The notes under the pieces were generated by a model, which was not told the DNA's origin, searched no databases, and saw only the letters and a list, made by a program, of their open reading frames with translations. Both the position numbers and the translations under genes were made by a program. Source: Chloroflexota bacterium (GTDB taxonomy: Bacteria; Chloroflexota; Anaerolineae; JAAYEA01). Taken from it: DNA of 64,000 nt. Every line of letters starts with the position of its first letter. Positions within the stretch are counted from its first letter, which is position 1. The DNA is taken from assembly GCA_036841525.1 (NCBI GenBank), contig DAITVZ010000006.1:5749-69748 (forward strand), given 5' to 3'. Below are positions 1-10,115 of this stretch, in pieces.

Positions 1-1
1 G

Positions 2-985
2 CCGCAGTGTGTGGCCGAGCGCGAGATGCGCAACCGCGGGATGTGCATCGTCTTTCGCACGAATGTCTTCAAGACGGTGCGCCCGAACGTCAAGGTCACG
101 CAGGACGTCTACTACGAGGGCGAGCGCAAGTTCGTCCGCACGCGCTATGAAACGCCGGTGGGCGTGGTGAGCACGGTGGATGAGCCGGTGGGCTTTACTT
201 CCTGGCACCACGAGCGGATGTTCAAGACCCCGGACGACTACAAGGTGCTGCTCTTCCTGATCCAGGACGAAAACTATGTGCCGACCTACGACTCTTTTGC
301 GCAGAAGGAGCGGCAGCTAGGCGACGATTTTGTCCTGCGCGCCGGCTTTGGGCTGGAGCCGATGCAGCAGTTCATCTCGGGCGGCTATCTCTCCATGCAG
401 GACTGGTGCATGCAGTGGATGGAAAACCGCGACGAGGTGCTCAAGCTGTACGAGGCCCAAGTGCAGCAGCGCCGCAAGATCTATCCGATCGTGGCGCAAT
501 CGCCGGCGTCGCACGCCAACTATGGCGGAAACGTGGTGCCGACCGTGATTGGGCTGCGGAACTTTCAGGAGTACTATGTGCCTCACTACAACGAGGCGGC
601 CGAGGTCATGCACCGCCATGGAAAGCTCATCGGCTGTCACTTTGACGCCGACTGCAAGCTCCTCTCCAAGGCCATCGCGGAGACCGACCTGGACTATATC
701 GAGGCGTTCACTCCGGCGCCGGACACGGACATGTCTGTGGCGGATGCGCGGGCAGCCTGGCCGGATAAGGTGCTGTGGCTGAACTACACCTCGTCCGCGC
801 ACCTCAAGTCGGACGAGGAGGTGGCAGAGATCGCCGCGGACCTGGTGAACCAGGCGGGGAGCCCTGATGGCGTGATCATGGGCATCACCGAGGATATCCC
901 AGAGCACCGCTGGCAGGATAGCTGCCGCGCCATCATGGATGGTCTGGATCGGCACGCTCGAGAGCACCCGGCGCTCTACCGATAG
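2..985 (+). CDS. Uroporphyrinogen decarboxylase (URO-D)/MtaA-CmuA-like TIM-barrel protein, 5' partial
   Basis: Frame is open from the window start. C-terminal HFDADC / IEAFTPAPDTD / LWLNY / ITEDIP pattern is typical of URO-D-like family members. Confidence 0.65.
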   Translation, partial: PQCVAEREMRNRGMCIVFRTNVFKTVRPNVKVTQDVYYEGERKFVRTRYETPVGVVSTVDEPVGFTSWHHERMFKTPDDYKVLLFLIQDENYVPTYDSFAQKERQLGDDFVLRAGFGLEPMQQFISGGYLSMQDWCMQWMENRDEVLKLYEAQVQQRRKIYPIVAQSPASHANYGGNVVPTVIGLRNFQEYYVPHYNEAAEVMHRHGKLIGCHFDADCKLLSKAIAETDLDYIEAFTPAPDTDMSVADARAAWPDKVLWLNYTSSAHLKSDEEVAEIAADLVNQAGSPDGVIMGITEDIPEHRWQDSCRAIMDGLDRHAREHPALYR

Positions 986-991
986 ACAACA

Positions 992-1029
992 CAGCTCCGG
1001 ACCCAAACTGGGCCCGGAGCTGCTTTTTC
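992..1029 (+). terminator. Intrinsic terminator
   Basis: Stem CAGCTCCGG..CCGGAGCTG followed by CTTTTT, just after the stop at 985 and between convergent genes. Confidence 0.75.
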
Positions 1030-1041
1030 CCTCTATTCTCC

Positions 1042-1830
1042 CTACTTGATGAGCCGGTCGAAGGTGGCGGCGTTCTCGGCGATCATGTTGGGGTTGTCGC
1101 CCAGGTAGTGGCCGATGCAGGCGATATCGTTGGCGCGCATGGTCTTGGCCAGGAATCGCCAGCCCTCGTCGATGGGCTTGTTGCCCCCGGCAAAGACCTT
1201 GTAGTGCGCCACCGGCCAGGGGATGGTCTGGATCAGCTCGCCCATCTCGGTGCGATGGCTCTCCTCCCACTTTTCCACCGCCCCTGCGACGTGGTGCGGG
1301 TTGTTGGCGCGGGGTGAGGGGTCATAATAGCAGCACATCTGAAAGTCGAGCGGCACGTTATCCCGAATCCACCGGTGCACCTCCACCGTATGCCCGGCCA
1401 GCCCGGCGGGTACCCCGGCGTCGCGGATGGCCAGGACAGCGTCCTTGATCATCTGCAGTTGCCCCTGGGCATACCAGAAATCCACGATGCCGCCGTGGAT
1501 ATAGACGCCCTTGGCGCCCATCCGCACGGCCTGCTTGGCGGCCTGAATCTGATCCTGGTACTCGCTGGCGGTCTGGCCCACCCACTGGATCGCTCCGCCT
1601 TCGTCCCAGTACTCGAGCATCAGGCGGCTGACGTGGCGATCGGTGCGCCCAAAGAAGGTATTGACCCCGGCGGCCTCCGCCTTGCGCAGGGCGTCCTTGA
1701 TGTTGCCGGCGGAGTAATAGTGGATCATCTCCTGGTCCCGCTTGGGGCTCTGGTGGGAAAAGCCGCTGAAGGGGTTGCCGCCAATGACCAGGCGGGAAAT
1801 CTCGATGTTGCCGATCTGGACCTTGCGCAT
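1042..1830 (-). CDS. Aldo/keto-reductase-like TIM-barrel protein of unknown function
   Basis: N-terminus MRKVQIGNIEISRLVIGGNPFSG resembles AKR-fold starts; HYKVFAGG motif; RBS present. Confidence 0.55.
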   Translation of the reverse strand: MRKVQIGNIEISRLVIGGNPFSGFSHQSPKRDQEMIHYYSAGNIKDALRKAEAAGVNTFFGRTDRHVSRLMLEYWDEGGAIQWVGQTASEYQDQIQAAKQAVRMGAKGVYIHGGIVDFWYAQGQLQMIKDAVLAIRDAGVPAGLAGHTVEVHRWIRDNVPLDFQMCCYYDPSPRANNPHHVAGAVEKWEESHRTEMGELIQTIPWPVAHYKVFAGGNKPIDEGWRFLAKTMRANDIACIGHYLGDNPNMIAENAATFDRLIK

Positions 1831-1940
1831 CGCGTCTATCTCCTGTCAGGTAGTGGATTGCGGGAGGTCGCCGCTCTCGCGGCGAGGGCGCGTCCCGGTA
1901 GTCGTCCCATTGTAGCCCGATTGCCCCGCTGCGCCAAAAG

Positions 1941-2705
1941 CTAGCGAGTGCTCGACGACAGATCCAGCAGCCGCGCGGCATTGCGCCAGAGGATCGCCTC
2001 ACGCTGATCGTCGGTGAGGTCGGCGCCGACGATCTTGCCCAGGCAAAAGTCCAGGTCCGAGTTATCCGTGCCAAAGAGCACCCGCTCGATGCCCACGGCA
2101 TCTACCAGCGACTCGATGCTGTCCCTCTCGGCGAGGGAGCCGCTGGTATCCACAGAGATGTTGGGGCAATCGCGGGCGACTCGGACGCCATACTCCCAAT
2201 CGCCGCCGAGGTGGGCCATGATGAAACGCGCCTTCGGATGGCGCCGGGCCAGTCGGCCCAGGTGCATGGGCGTGCTCTCGAAGGGCAGGTTGCCGCCCGA
2301 GACGCTCTGCCCGCCCACCTTGACCCAGCAATGCACCAGGAGCGGGATGCCGTAGGCGGCGGCCGCCTCCACGATGGAGTCCACACGCGGGTCGTCGGCG
2401 TAGGTGGCTACCCACAGCTTGACGCCGCGGAAGCCCTGCTGTTCCACGCGCTGGCGCAGTTCGTCCACGGCCAGGCTGCCGTGCACGGGATTGACATAAC
2501 AGAAGCCAACCACATGCGCGGGCAGCCGCTGCATCAAGACGTGGACGGCGTCGTTGCTGAGGCGGATGTCGGCAGGGCTGGGATAGTAGCCGCCCTTGAG
2601 GGTGGAAACCCAGAAGTGGTCCGTGAGGCCGCGCTCGGCGCGCTGGACGAAGGTGGCCGTGTTGGTGGTCCCGAACTCGTGGTGGATGTGGGTGTCGATC
2701 AGCAT
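1941..2705 (-). CDS. Amidohydrolase family protein (Amidohydro_2)
   Basis: IDTHIH, RGVKL, LLVHC, MAHLGG, VLFGTD motifs. Confidence 0.85.
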   Translation of the reverse strand: MLIDTHIHHEFGTTNTATFVQRAERGLTDHFWVSTLKGGYYPSPADIRLSNDAVHVLMQRLPAHVVGFCYVNPVHGSLAVDELRQRVEQQGFRGVKLWVATYADDPRVDSIVEAAAAYGIPLLVHCWVKVGGQSVSGGNLPFESTPMHLGRLARRHPKARFIMAHLGGDWEYGVRVARDCPNISVDTSGSLAERDSIESLVDAVGIERVLFGTDNSDLDFCLGKIVGADLTDDQREAILWRNAARLLDLSSSTR

Positions 2706-3478
2706 GGGGCGCCTCCCAGGCCCAGAAATGCGCGCGCGTTGCCGCCGAGGATGGACGCGCGTGCCGCCTCGCCGATATCGGCCCGTTGCACTTGCAGCAG
2801 GGCGGACTCGGGGTAATAGAGGGGCAGGCCCGAGCCATAGGCGAGATGCTCTGCGCCCAAGACCTCCACCATACGCGCCAGTTGGAGCGACTTGTAGGAG
2901 GTGGTGAAGAGCGTCGCGGCGCGATCGCCGAGGAGGGGGGCAAGGGGCGTCGCCTCCGCGGGCAGGTTGGCGTTGCAGATGGCGATGGGCAGGTCGGGGA
3001 AGGCCTTCAGCAGATAGGCCATGTCGTCGGTGGGCAGGGCGGGCACTTGCATGAGCAGCGGATGCGAGCGCTCGTCTTGCAGCCGGACGAAGAGCACCGC
3101 TGGGAGCCCCAGCTCTCGCAGCGCGCCGCAGAGCGCCGCGGCGCCATCGTCATAGACGCGGTAGCCGTGGTAGATGGGCGCCAGCCCGCAGGCGACGCAG
3201 CCCCATTCCTCGGCCATCTGGCGGAGATCGCGTTCCCAGCCGGGGAAGGCGGGGTTCACCATCGCCAGGGGCAGCAGGTCTGGGTGGTCGATCCCCAGCT
3301 CGTCGAGCATCTCGCGGACGCCCTCCGCGGGATTCTTGTAAAAGATGCCCTGGAGGGGCGCGGCCAAGGCTTGGCTGGCGCCGGTGCGGGCCAAGAGGCG
3401 GTGAACGCCCTCCGTCCCCCCATGGCGCAATCGCCGGAAGGGCCACTGGCCGAGATAGACGTTGAGATCCAGTATCAC
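2699..3478 (-). CDS. Amidohydrolase-fold protein (degenerate metal ligands)
   Basis: LDLNVYLGQWPF start and LAYGSGLP C-terminal motif. GTG start at 3478 chosen from the AAGAGG RBS. Overlaps the downstream amidohydrolase gene. Confidence 0.7.
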   Translation of the reverse strand: MILDLNVYLGQWPFRRLRHGGTEGVHRLLARTGASQALAAPLQGIFYKNPAEGVREMLDELGIDHPDLLPLAMVNPAFPGWERDLRQMAEEWGCVACGLAPIYHGYRVYDDGAAALCGALRELGLPAVLFVRLQDERSHPLLMQVPALPTDDMAYLLKAFPDLPIAICNANLPAEATPLAPLLGDRAATLFTTSYKSLQLARMVEVLGAEHLAYGSGLPLYYPESALLQVQRADIGEAARASILGGNARAFLGLGGAPC

Positions 3479-3495
3479 GATGGACACCTCTTGGC

Positions 3496-4590
3496 TCACA
3501 ACTCGCGGGTTTCACGGGCGAGCGCGCGCCGCTCGCGGCGATAGATGCGGACCATGGTCCAGACGGCCGCTGCCCCCATCAGCAGGGCCACGTCGCGCCA
3601 CACGCCACGCCAGTCCAGGGGCAGTTGCGTGGAACCTCCGGGCAGCGGCTCCGCCTCGGGGGCGATGTGGGCGCACAGGAAATCGGTGATCGGCATCGAG
3701 TATCCGGAGGCGCTGGACAGCTCACTGAACTCCTGGGCGAGGTGCGCGAGCTCTTGACGAGCACCGTGCGCATGGGAGAGGCCGTGCTGCGCGGCGGGGG
3801 TGCGCAAGCGGCGTCGCGCGACATACACCAGGAGCGGCTCCGGCAGCCAACGGAGGAGCCGGAAAAAGAAGGGTGTGGCCGTGACGCCGGCAGCGCGCAG
3901 CGCGCCCATGCTTTCCCGCAGGCTGCGAGCCAGCATCACCAAGGCGTCGCGAGTATCGGCCAGGCGCGCGACGTCCATGTCGGTCATATAAGTCGCGCCG
4001 GCCAACGGCAGGATAAAGGCGGCATGCGACTTGAGCCAGTCGTCGATGCGGCGCTCGAGCAGCGCCGGGGTGCCCGCCTGCCGAAACAGGGCCATGGCCT
4101 CGGGCAGGCGCGCAGTTGCTTCGGGATACGGCGCGCCGACGATCACCGGAAAGCGGCGCCCCTTCCGCGAGTCCATGAAGCGCACGAGGTTGCCTTCCCG
4201 CGTGCCCGCTGCGCCGGGGAAGCCCATAAGGACGCGCTCGCGGCCCACGGCGGCGGCCAGCGCCTCGGGCCCGGCGGCGTTGTTACCGAGGAACAGGATG
4301 CAGGGAACCAGGTGGTTAGCAGAGAGCGCCGGCAGGATCTCGGCTACGCAATGCTTGGGCACCAGCGTGATGACCAGGTCATAGCGATCCTCGGGGCCCA
4401 ATGCGTCCACCGCGTCGATGGTCATGGTCAGTCGTTCGCCGGTGATCAGGTCTTCCATCTCGAGGCCGCGCTTGCGGAGGTCGGCGAGGCGCTGGCCTCG
4501 CGCCAGCAGCGTCACATCATGGCCGCCTTGCTTGAGCCGCGCCGCATAGAGGCTGCCGATGACGCCCGCGCCGTAGATCAGAACCTTCAT
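3496..4590 (-). CDS. Ketopantoate reductase (PanE/ApbA)-family NAD(P)H oxidoreductase with C-terminal hydrophobic helix
   Basis: MKVLIYGAGVIG Rossmann motif, VTLLARG, FLGNN; strong RBS AGGAAGGAGG before the ATG at 4590. Confidence 0.8.
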   Translation of the reverse strand: MKVLIYGAGVIGSLYAARLKQGGHDVTLLARGQRLADLRKRGLEMEDLITGERLTMTIDAVDALGPEDRYDLVITLVPKHCVAEILPALSANHLVPCILFLGNNAAGPEALAAAVGRERVLMGFPGAAGTREGNLVRFMDSRKGRRFPVIVGAPYPEATARLPEAMALFRQAGTPALLERRIDDWLKSHAAFILPLAGATYMTDMDVARLADTRDALVMLARSLRESMGALRAAGVTATPFFFRLLRWLPEPLLVYVARRRLRTPAAQHGLSHAHGARQELAHLAQEFSELSSASGYSMPITDFLCAHIAPEAEPLPGGSTQLPLDWRGVWRDVALLMGAAAVWTMVRIYRRERRALARETREL

Positions 4591-4833
4591 CTTGACCTCC
4601 TTCCTGAGGCGGATAACCAGTGTGCGCCCGCGGTTCTGACCCAGACCGCAGGGGTGGCCGCCGCTGCGCACTCGCTGGCGCCTCAAGCGGCAGTGTAACA
4701 CGGGTGTCGCGAATCGCCAAGCGCGCGAGCCTGCAGGTTTGGCGATTCGGTGCAAGATGGTATCATGATCGCGGCAGCGCGCCAGCGGGCAAGCGTTGCC
4801 CCGCCCGGGCGAGATTCGGTCAGGAGGTGACGC

Positions 4834-6189
4834 GTGTCGTCATTCTGGAATCACAGATGGCTTTACATCAGCCGCACCGATCTGGATATCGAGTGGAAAC
4901 AGTGCATCGAGGAGGGCAAGGATCCTGCGCCTCTGGCGGCCGAGTTCGCGCGCGTGCGGGCGCTCGATCTGGAGGACCGGCGCAATCAGCCAGCGGCCCA
5001 GACGCTGCTAGACAAGGCCGCGGCGCTGCCCCTGAGGGGCGACTATGGCTACGAGGAGCCGTCGGACCTGGAGGAAATCCGGGCGCGGCGGCCGAAGGGC
5101 GAGCCCTGGCGAGTCCTGCCGGCCAGCGACGAGGGGCTGCTGGACCGTGTGTACGGCGCCTGGCTGGGCCGAGTCTGTGGCTGCTTGTTGGGCAAGCCGG
5201 TGGAAGGCTGGCGGCGCCCGCGGATGTGGGGGTACCTGAAGGACGCGGGGCGCTGGCCGCTGAGCGACTATTTCACGTTGGCGGTGCCCCAGGCGGTGCG
5301 CGAGCGATACGAGCTCTCTCCCGCACGCGCATTCATTGACACCGTTGACCACATGCCCGAAGACGATGATACCAACTATACGGCCACCGGCCTCGCTATC
5401 CTGAGCAAGTACGGGCCAGGTTTTGCGCCCACCGATGTGGCGACCTTCTGGCTGAACAACATCCCGATCCTGCGGACTTGCACGGCAGAGCGCGTCGCCT
5501 ACCGCAACCTCTGCCAACTGATCCCGCCTCCGCGCTCGGCGGTGGTTCGCAACCCCTACCGGGAGTGGATCGGCGCTCAAATCCGCGCGGACATGTTCGG
5601 CTATGCCGCGCCGGGGAACCCTGAACTGGCCGCCGAGTTGGCCTGGCGCGATGCCAGCATCTCGCACGTCAAGAACGGCATCTATGGCGAGATGTGGGTG
5701 GCGGCGATGCTAGCCGCCGCCCTCGTTAGCGATGACGTGTCGCAGATCATCGCGGCGGGGCTGGCCCAGATCCCGGAGCGCTCCCGACTGGCTGAAGCGA
5801 TCCAGGAGGTCCTGGCGTGGCGTGTGGAGGGCATCGACTATGACGCTGCCGCCGAGCGGCTGCATGCGCGCTGGGACGAGAACCACGCGCACGATTGGTG
5901 CCATACCATCAGCAACGCCATGGTGGTGGCGATCGGGCTGCTGTGGGGTGAGAGGGATTACGGGCTGTCCATCTGCCGGGCGGTGCAGGCCTGCTTCGAC
6001 ACGGACTGCAACGGGGCGACGGTGGGCTCCATCGTCGGCGCGATGCTCGGCGCTAAGCGGCTGCCCGAGCGGTGGACTGCGCCGGTGCACGACACGCTAG
6101 AGACGGGAGTTGCCGGGTACCATCGCGTGCGCGTCGCCGACCTGGCGCGCGAGACGATGGGGGTGATCGAGCGGGTCAGAAACGGCTAG
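4834..6189 (+). CDS. ADP-ribosylglycohydrolase family protein
   Basis: GAWLGRVCGCLLG, EDDDTNYT and DTDCNGATVGSIVG metal-binding motifs; AGGAGG RBS. Confidence 0.88.
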   Translation: MSSFWNHRWLYISRTDLDIEWKQCIEEGKDPAPLAAEFARVRALDLEDRRNQPAAQTLLDKAAALPLRGDYGYEEPSDLEEIRARRPKGEPWRVLPASDEGLLDRVYGAWLGRVCGCLLGKPVEGWRRPRMWGYLKDAGRWPLSDYFTLAVPQAVRERYELSPARAFIDTVDHMPEDDDTNYTATGLAILSKYGPGFAPTDVATFWLNNIPILRTCTAERVAYRNLCQLIPPPRSAVVRNPYREWIGAQIRADMFGYAAPGNPELAAELAWRDASISHVKNGIYGEMWVAAMLAAALVSDDVSQIIAAGLAQIPERSRLAEAIQEVLAWRVEGIDYDAAAERLHARWDENHAHDWCHTISNAMVVAIGLLWGERDYGLSICRAVQACFDTDCNGATVGSIVGAMLGAKRLPERWTAPVHDTLETGVAGYHRVRVADLARETMGVIERVRNG

Positions 6190-6206
6190 CAAGGGAGCGA
6201 GTATCG

Positions 6207-7673
6207 ATGCCACCGAATATCCTGATCTACATGACCGACCACGAACGCGGGGACGTGCTGAGCGAGGGGAGCCCCTGCATTGCGCCTCATGCGGCGCGGC
6301 TGGCGGAGGAGGGCATCTCGTTCCGCCAGGCCTACACCCCCGCGGCGCACTGCTGCCCGTCGCGGGCGACCTTTATGACGGGCCTCTACCCAAGCCGCCA
6401 TGGGGTCTACAACAATGTGCTCACCACCACGCGCATCCACTCGGGGCTGAAGGAGGGTGTGGTTACCTTCAGCGAGCGGCTGCGCGAGGTGGGCTACCAC
6501 CTGGCCTATGCGGGCAAGTGGCACGTCAGCGCCGACGAGAACCCGGCGGACCGAGGCTGGGAGGAGCTGGACGTGACGGCCGTCAAGGGCAATAGCCACG
6601 ACGCCGACCTGAGCCTGTGGCGCGAGGGCAAGGCGGCTGGCGACCTGGCCCCGGGGGAGCGCCAGCCCGGAGAGGTGCTCCGCCCTGGCTGGGGCAACTA
6701 TCGGCTCTATGGCTCCTATCCCACCGCCGGCCCCAAGGGCTATGAGGAGCACCGCGACTATGCGGTGGTGCGCTCGGCCATCGACGCATTGCCGCGTCTG
6801 GCCGATGCTGGGCAGCCGTGGGTGTTGTTCGTGGGGCCGAGCGGCCCGCACGACCCTTATATCGTCCCGGAGCGGTTCGTGCGCATGTACGACGGGATCG
6901 AGATCCCATTGCCGCCCAGCTACCATGACAGCCTGGCGGACAAGCCGCGGATCTACCAGCGGGTGCGCGAGCAGGTCTGGAGCCAGCTTGGGCCCGAGGA
7001 GGTCCGCGAGGCGATCAAGCACTACTACGCCTATTGCACCATGCTCGACATGATGTTTGGAGAGGTGCTGGAGGCGCTGGCAGCCACCGGCCAGTCGGAC
7101 GACACGCTGGTGCTGCGGATCAGCGACCATGGCGACTATGGCGGGGCGCACGGCCTCTTTGCCAAGGGGGTGCCGGCGTTCCGCGAGGCCTATCATGTCC
7201 CCGCCATCGTCCGCTGGCCGAAGGGACTGGCCCAGCCCGGGCGAGCAGTGGAGGCGTTCGTCACGCATGCCGACTGGGCGCCGACGTTCCTGGATCTGGC
7301 GGGGCTGGCGGCGCCGGAGCGCACGGCCGGGCGTAGCGTGCTGCCGATCCTGCGCGGCGAGACCCCCGTGGACTGGCCCGACGCCTTTCACTCCCAGTTC
7401 AACGGCGTCGAGCTTTACTACACCCAGCGCGTGACCATGACGCACCAGTTCAAGTATGTCTATAACGGCTTTGACTATGATGAGCTCTATGACCTGCGCA
7501 ACGATCCCCACGAGATGCGAAACCTGAGTGAGCACCCGGGCTACCAGGGGATCAAGCGCGAGCTGGTGAAGCGCATGTGGCGCTTTGCCGACCAACAACG
7601 AGATCACCTGTTCAACCGCTATATCACGGTGGCTCTGGCGCCCTGGGGGCCGGCCATTGCATTGGAGGAGTGA
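6207..7673 (+). CDS. Sulfatase (Cys-type, formylglycine-dependent)
   Basis: PNILIYMTDH, CCPSRATFMTG (CxPSR), GKWH, SDHGD, ELYDLRNDPHE. Confidence 0.92.
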   Translation: MPPNILIYMTDHERGDVLSEGSPCIAPHAARLAEEGISFRQAYTPAAHCCPSRATFMTGLYPSRHGVYNNVLTTTRIHSGLKEGVVTFSERLREVGYHLAYAGKWHVSADENPADRGWEELDVTAVKGNSHDADLSLWREGKAAGDLAPGERQPGEVLRPGWGNYRLYGSYPTAGPKGYEEHRDYAVVRSAIDALPRLADAGQPWVLFVGPSGPHDPYIVPERFVRMYDGIEIPLPPSYHDSLADKPRIYQRVREQVWSQLGPEEVREAIKHYYAYCTMLDMMFGEVLEALAATGQSDDTLVLRISDHGDYGGAHGLFAKGVPAFREAYHVPAIVRWPKGLAQPGRAVEAFVTHADWAPTFLDLAGLAAPERTAGRSVLPILRGETPVDWPDAFHSQFNGVELYYTQRVTMTHQFKYVYNGFDYDELYDLRNDPHEMRNLSEHPGYQGIKRELVKRMWRFADQQRDHLFNRYITVALAPWGPAIALEE

Positions 7674-7677
7674 GTCC

Positions 7678-8664
7678 ATGTTCGTTCATCCCGGTGATCC
7701 CCGTCTGACCTGGCCGGGCGCCGTCTCGGTCGAGCAAGGAGACGGGTGGGTCATGCCCTGGCGCATCCCGCATGCCGACCGGATGCTCTATAACGACCAG
7801 CTGCTGATCCGGGCGGCCATGCCTTCCGGGGTGCGGCTCGCCTTCCGCAGCGACACCACCCATGTGGCCGGCGCGTTCGTTCCCGCCCCCGACATGGCGC
7901 CCATCGACATCTGTTGCGATGGCGAGTTCGTCGGATCCTGCCCGCTGGAAGGACAGCAGAGCTTTCGCTTCGATGGGCTGGCTTCGCGAGACAAGCTCAT
8001 CGAGCTGTGGCTGCCGCAGGCGGATCTGCTGAAGCTGCAAGGGCTGGAGTTGAGCGAGGGGGCGACCTTGGTCCAGGCTGAGGACACGCGGCCTCGTTGG
8101 ATCACCTACGGCAGCTCGATCACCCATTGCCGGACTGCCGCCTCGCCGACGCAGACCTGGCCCGCCATCGTGGCGCGCCAGATGGGGCTGCACCTGACGT
8201 CGCTGGGCTTTGGCGGGCAGTGCCACCTGGACCCGCTGATCGCGCGACTGATGCGGGATCTGCCCGCGGATTACCTTTCCATGTGCGTGGGGATCAACAT
8301 CTATGGCGGGGCGTCGCTGGGGCCGCGGACCTTTCGCTGGGGGATCATCGGGTTTGCCGAGATCGTGCGAGAGAAGCACCCTGATACGCCTTTCGTGATC
8401 ATGTCGCCCATCTACTCGCCGCCGCGGGAGACGGCGCTCAATGCCGTGGGTTTCACGCTGCAGGCCATGCGCGAGGAGGTGGCGGAGGCAGTGGCGGCGA
8501 TGCAGGCGCATGGCGATAGGAACGTGCACTATGTGAACGGCCTCGCCGTCTTTGGAGAGGACCTGGGCCGCCTGTTGCCGGACGAGCTGCACCCGAACGC
8601 CGAGGGGTATCGGATCATGGGCCGCAGCTTTCTCGACGTGGCGGCGCGTCGCTACTTCGTATAG
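7678..8664 (+). CDS. SGNH/GDSL hydrolase family protein
   Basis: YGSSITH (block I), LGFGG, VGIN, DELHPN (DxxH). Confidence 0.88.
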   Translation: MFVHPGDPRLTWPGAVSVEQGDGWVMPWRIPHADRMLYNDQLLIRAAMPSGVRLAFRSDTTHVAGAFVPAPDMAPIDICCDGEFVGSCPLEGQQSFRFDGLASRDKLIELWLPQADLLKLQGLELSEGATLVQAEDTRPRWITYGSSITHCRTAASPTQTWPAIVARQMGLHLTSLGFGGQCHLDPLIARLMRDLPADYLSMCVGINIYGGASLGPRTFRWGIIGFAEIVREKHPDTPFVIMSPIYSPPRETALNAVGFTLQAMREEVAEAVAAMQAHGDRNVHYVNGLAVFGEDLGRLLPDELHPNAEGYRIMGRSFLDVAARRYFV

Positions 8665-8699
8665 GCGGCCAGTCGCGCGAAAGGCTGGAGAGACATCAC

Positions 8700-10097
8700 A
8701 TGAAGCGACCGAACATCCTGATCATCCAGACGGATCAGCAACGATGGGATGCTGTGGGGGCTAACGGCAACGAGGAAGTCATCACGCCGAACCTGGATCG
8801 GCTGGCCGCGCAGGGCGCGACCTTTTTGCACCACTATGTGCAGAACCCCGTCTGCATGCCCAGCCGTGCCAGCTTTCTCCTGGGGCAGTACCCCTCCACC
8901 GTCGGCAGCCTGAAGAACGGCTCGCCGGTCCCGGAGGATGCGATCACCTTGCCGCGGATTCTGCGCAACTATGGCTACGTGAGCGGGAACGTGGGCAAGA
9001 TCCACTTTTTGCCGCACGCCAACCGCGATCACCGGCAGATACACCCCGACTATGGCTTTGACCATATGGAGATATCGGACGAGCCGGGCTGCTATGAGGA
9101 CGTATATCGCGCCTGGGTGCGCCGCAAGGCGCCCGATCAACTGCCTTACATCAGCCGGGTGCTTCCGCCGGCGGCGCAGGTCTACCGAGACGAGGTGGGG
9201 CCGCTGGAGGATTTCCCACACCCGGCCAAAGGCGCACCCGGCTATGGCATCGAAACCGCGGTGCGCAAGGACGTGACGCAGGCCGCCTTTGTGGCGGAGC
9301 AGACGATGGAATTCGTGCGCCAGCGCCGCGAGGGGCCGTTCCTCTGCATCGCCGGGATCTATGCGCCGCATAGCCCTTGCCTGGCGCCGCAAGAGTACCG
9401 CGACCTCTATGACCCTGGGCGGCTGAGCTTGCCCCAGTTTCCGCCAGAGGTCGAGGCCCGGCGCGCGGGCTCCACCTATACGGACGCCGAGCTGCGCGGC
9501 GCCAAGCATGGGTACTATGCCATGGTTAGCGAGGTGGATGCGCAGGTGGGGCGCATGCTGGCCTATCTGGACGAGCTGGGCATAGCCGACGAGACCATCG
9601 TGGTCTTTACCTCGGACCACGGGGAGTGGCTGGGCGAGCACCTTCGGTACGGGAAGGGCTACCCAGGCCACGACTGCGTCAGCCGAACCCCGCTCATCGT
9701 CCGCTGGCCGGGCGTGGTTGCGGAGGGCCGCCGGGTGGAAGCGGTGGTGGAGGCGATCGATGTGTTGCCCACCCTGTTGGCGGCGGCAGCGATCCCCACG
9801 CCGCCGCACCTGCAGGGCCGTTCGTTCCTCGACCTGCTGGAGGGACGCGCGCAGGAGGGCCGCGACTCGGCGCTGACGGAGGGCGATGGCTGGAAGAGCT
9901 TGCGGCTGCCTGGATTGCGCTACGTGGTGGAGGCCAGCGGCAAGGAGAGCCTGTTCGATCTGAGGCATGACCCGGGTGGCTACCAGAACCTGGCCGGCGA
10001 AGCGGAATACGCCGAGGCGCTCCACGACGCCCGGCTGCGGCTGTTGCAGCGCCTGTTGCAGATGGAGCGGTCGCTGCCGCGCACCTGGACCTATTAA
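8700..10097 (+). CDS. Sulfatase (Cys-type)
   Basis: RPNILIIQTDQQR, CMPSRASFLLG, GKIH, SDHGE. Confidence 0.92.
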   Translation: MKRPNILIIQTDQQRWDAVGANGNEEVITPNLDRLAAQGATFLHHYVQNPVCMPSRASFLLGQYPSTVGSLKNGSPVPEDAITLPRILRNYGYVSGNVGKIHFLPHANRDHRQIHPDYGFDHMEISDEPGCYEDVYRAWVRRKAPDQLPYISRVLPPAAQVYRDEVGPLEDFPHPAKGAPGYGIETAVRKDVTQAAFVAEQTMEFVRQRREGPFLCIAGIYAPHSPCLAPQEYRDLYDPGRLSLPQFPPEVEARRAGSTYTDAELRGAKHGYYAMVSEVDAQVGRMLAYLDELGIADETIVVFTSDHGEWLGEHLRYGKGYPGHDCVSRTPLIVRWPGVVAEGRRVEAVVEAIDVLPTLLAAAAIPTPPHLQGRSFLDLLEGRAQEGRDSALTEGDGWKSLRLPGLRYVVEASGKESLFDLRHDPGGYQNLAGEAEYAEALHDARLRLLQRLLQMERSLPRTWTY

Positions 10098-10115
10098 CCT
10101 GGAGGAGAACCACCT

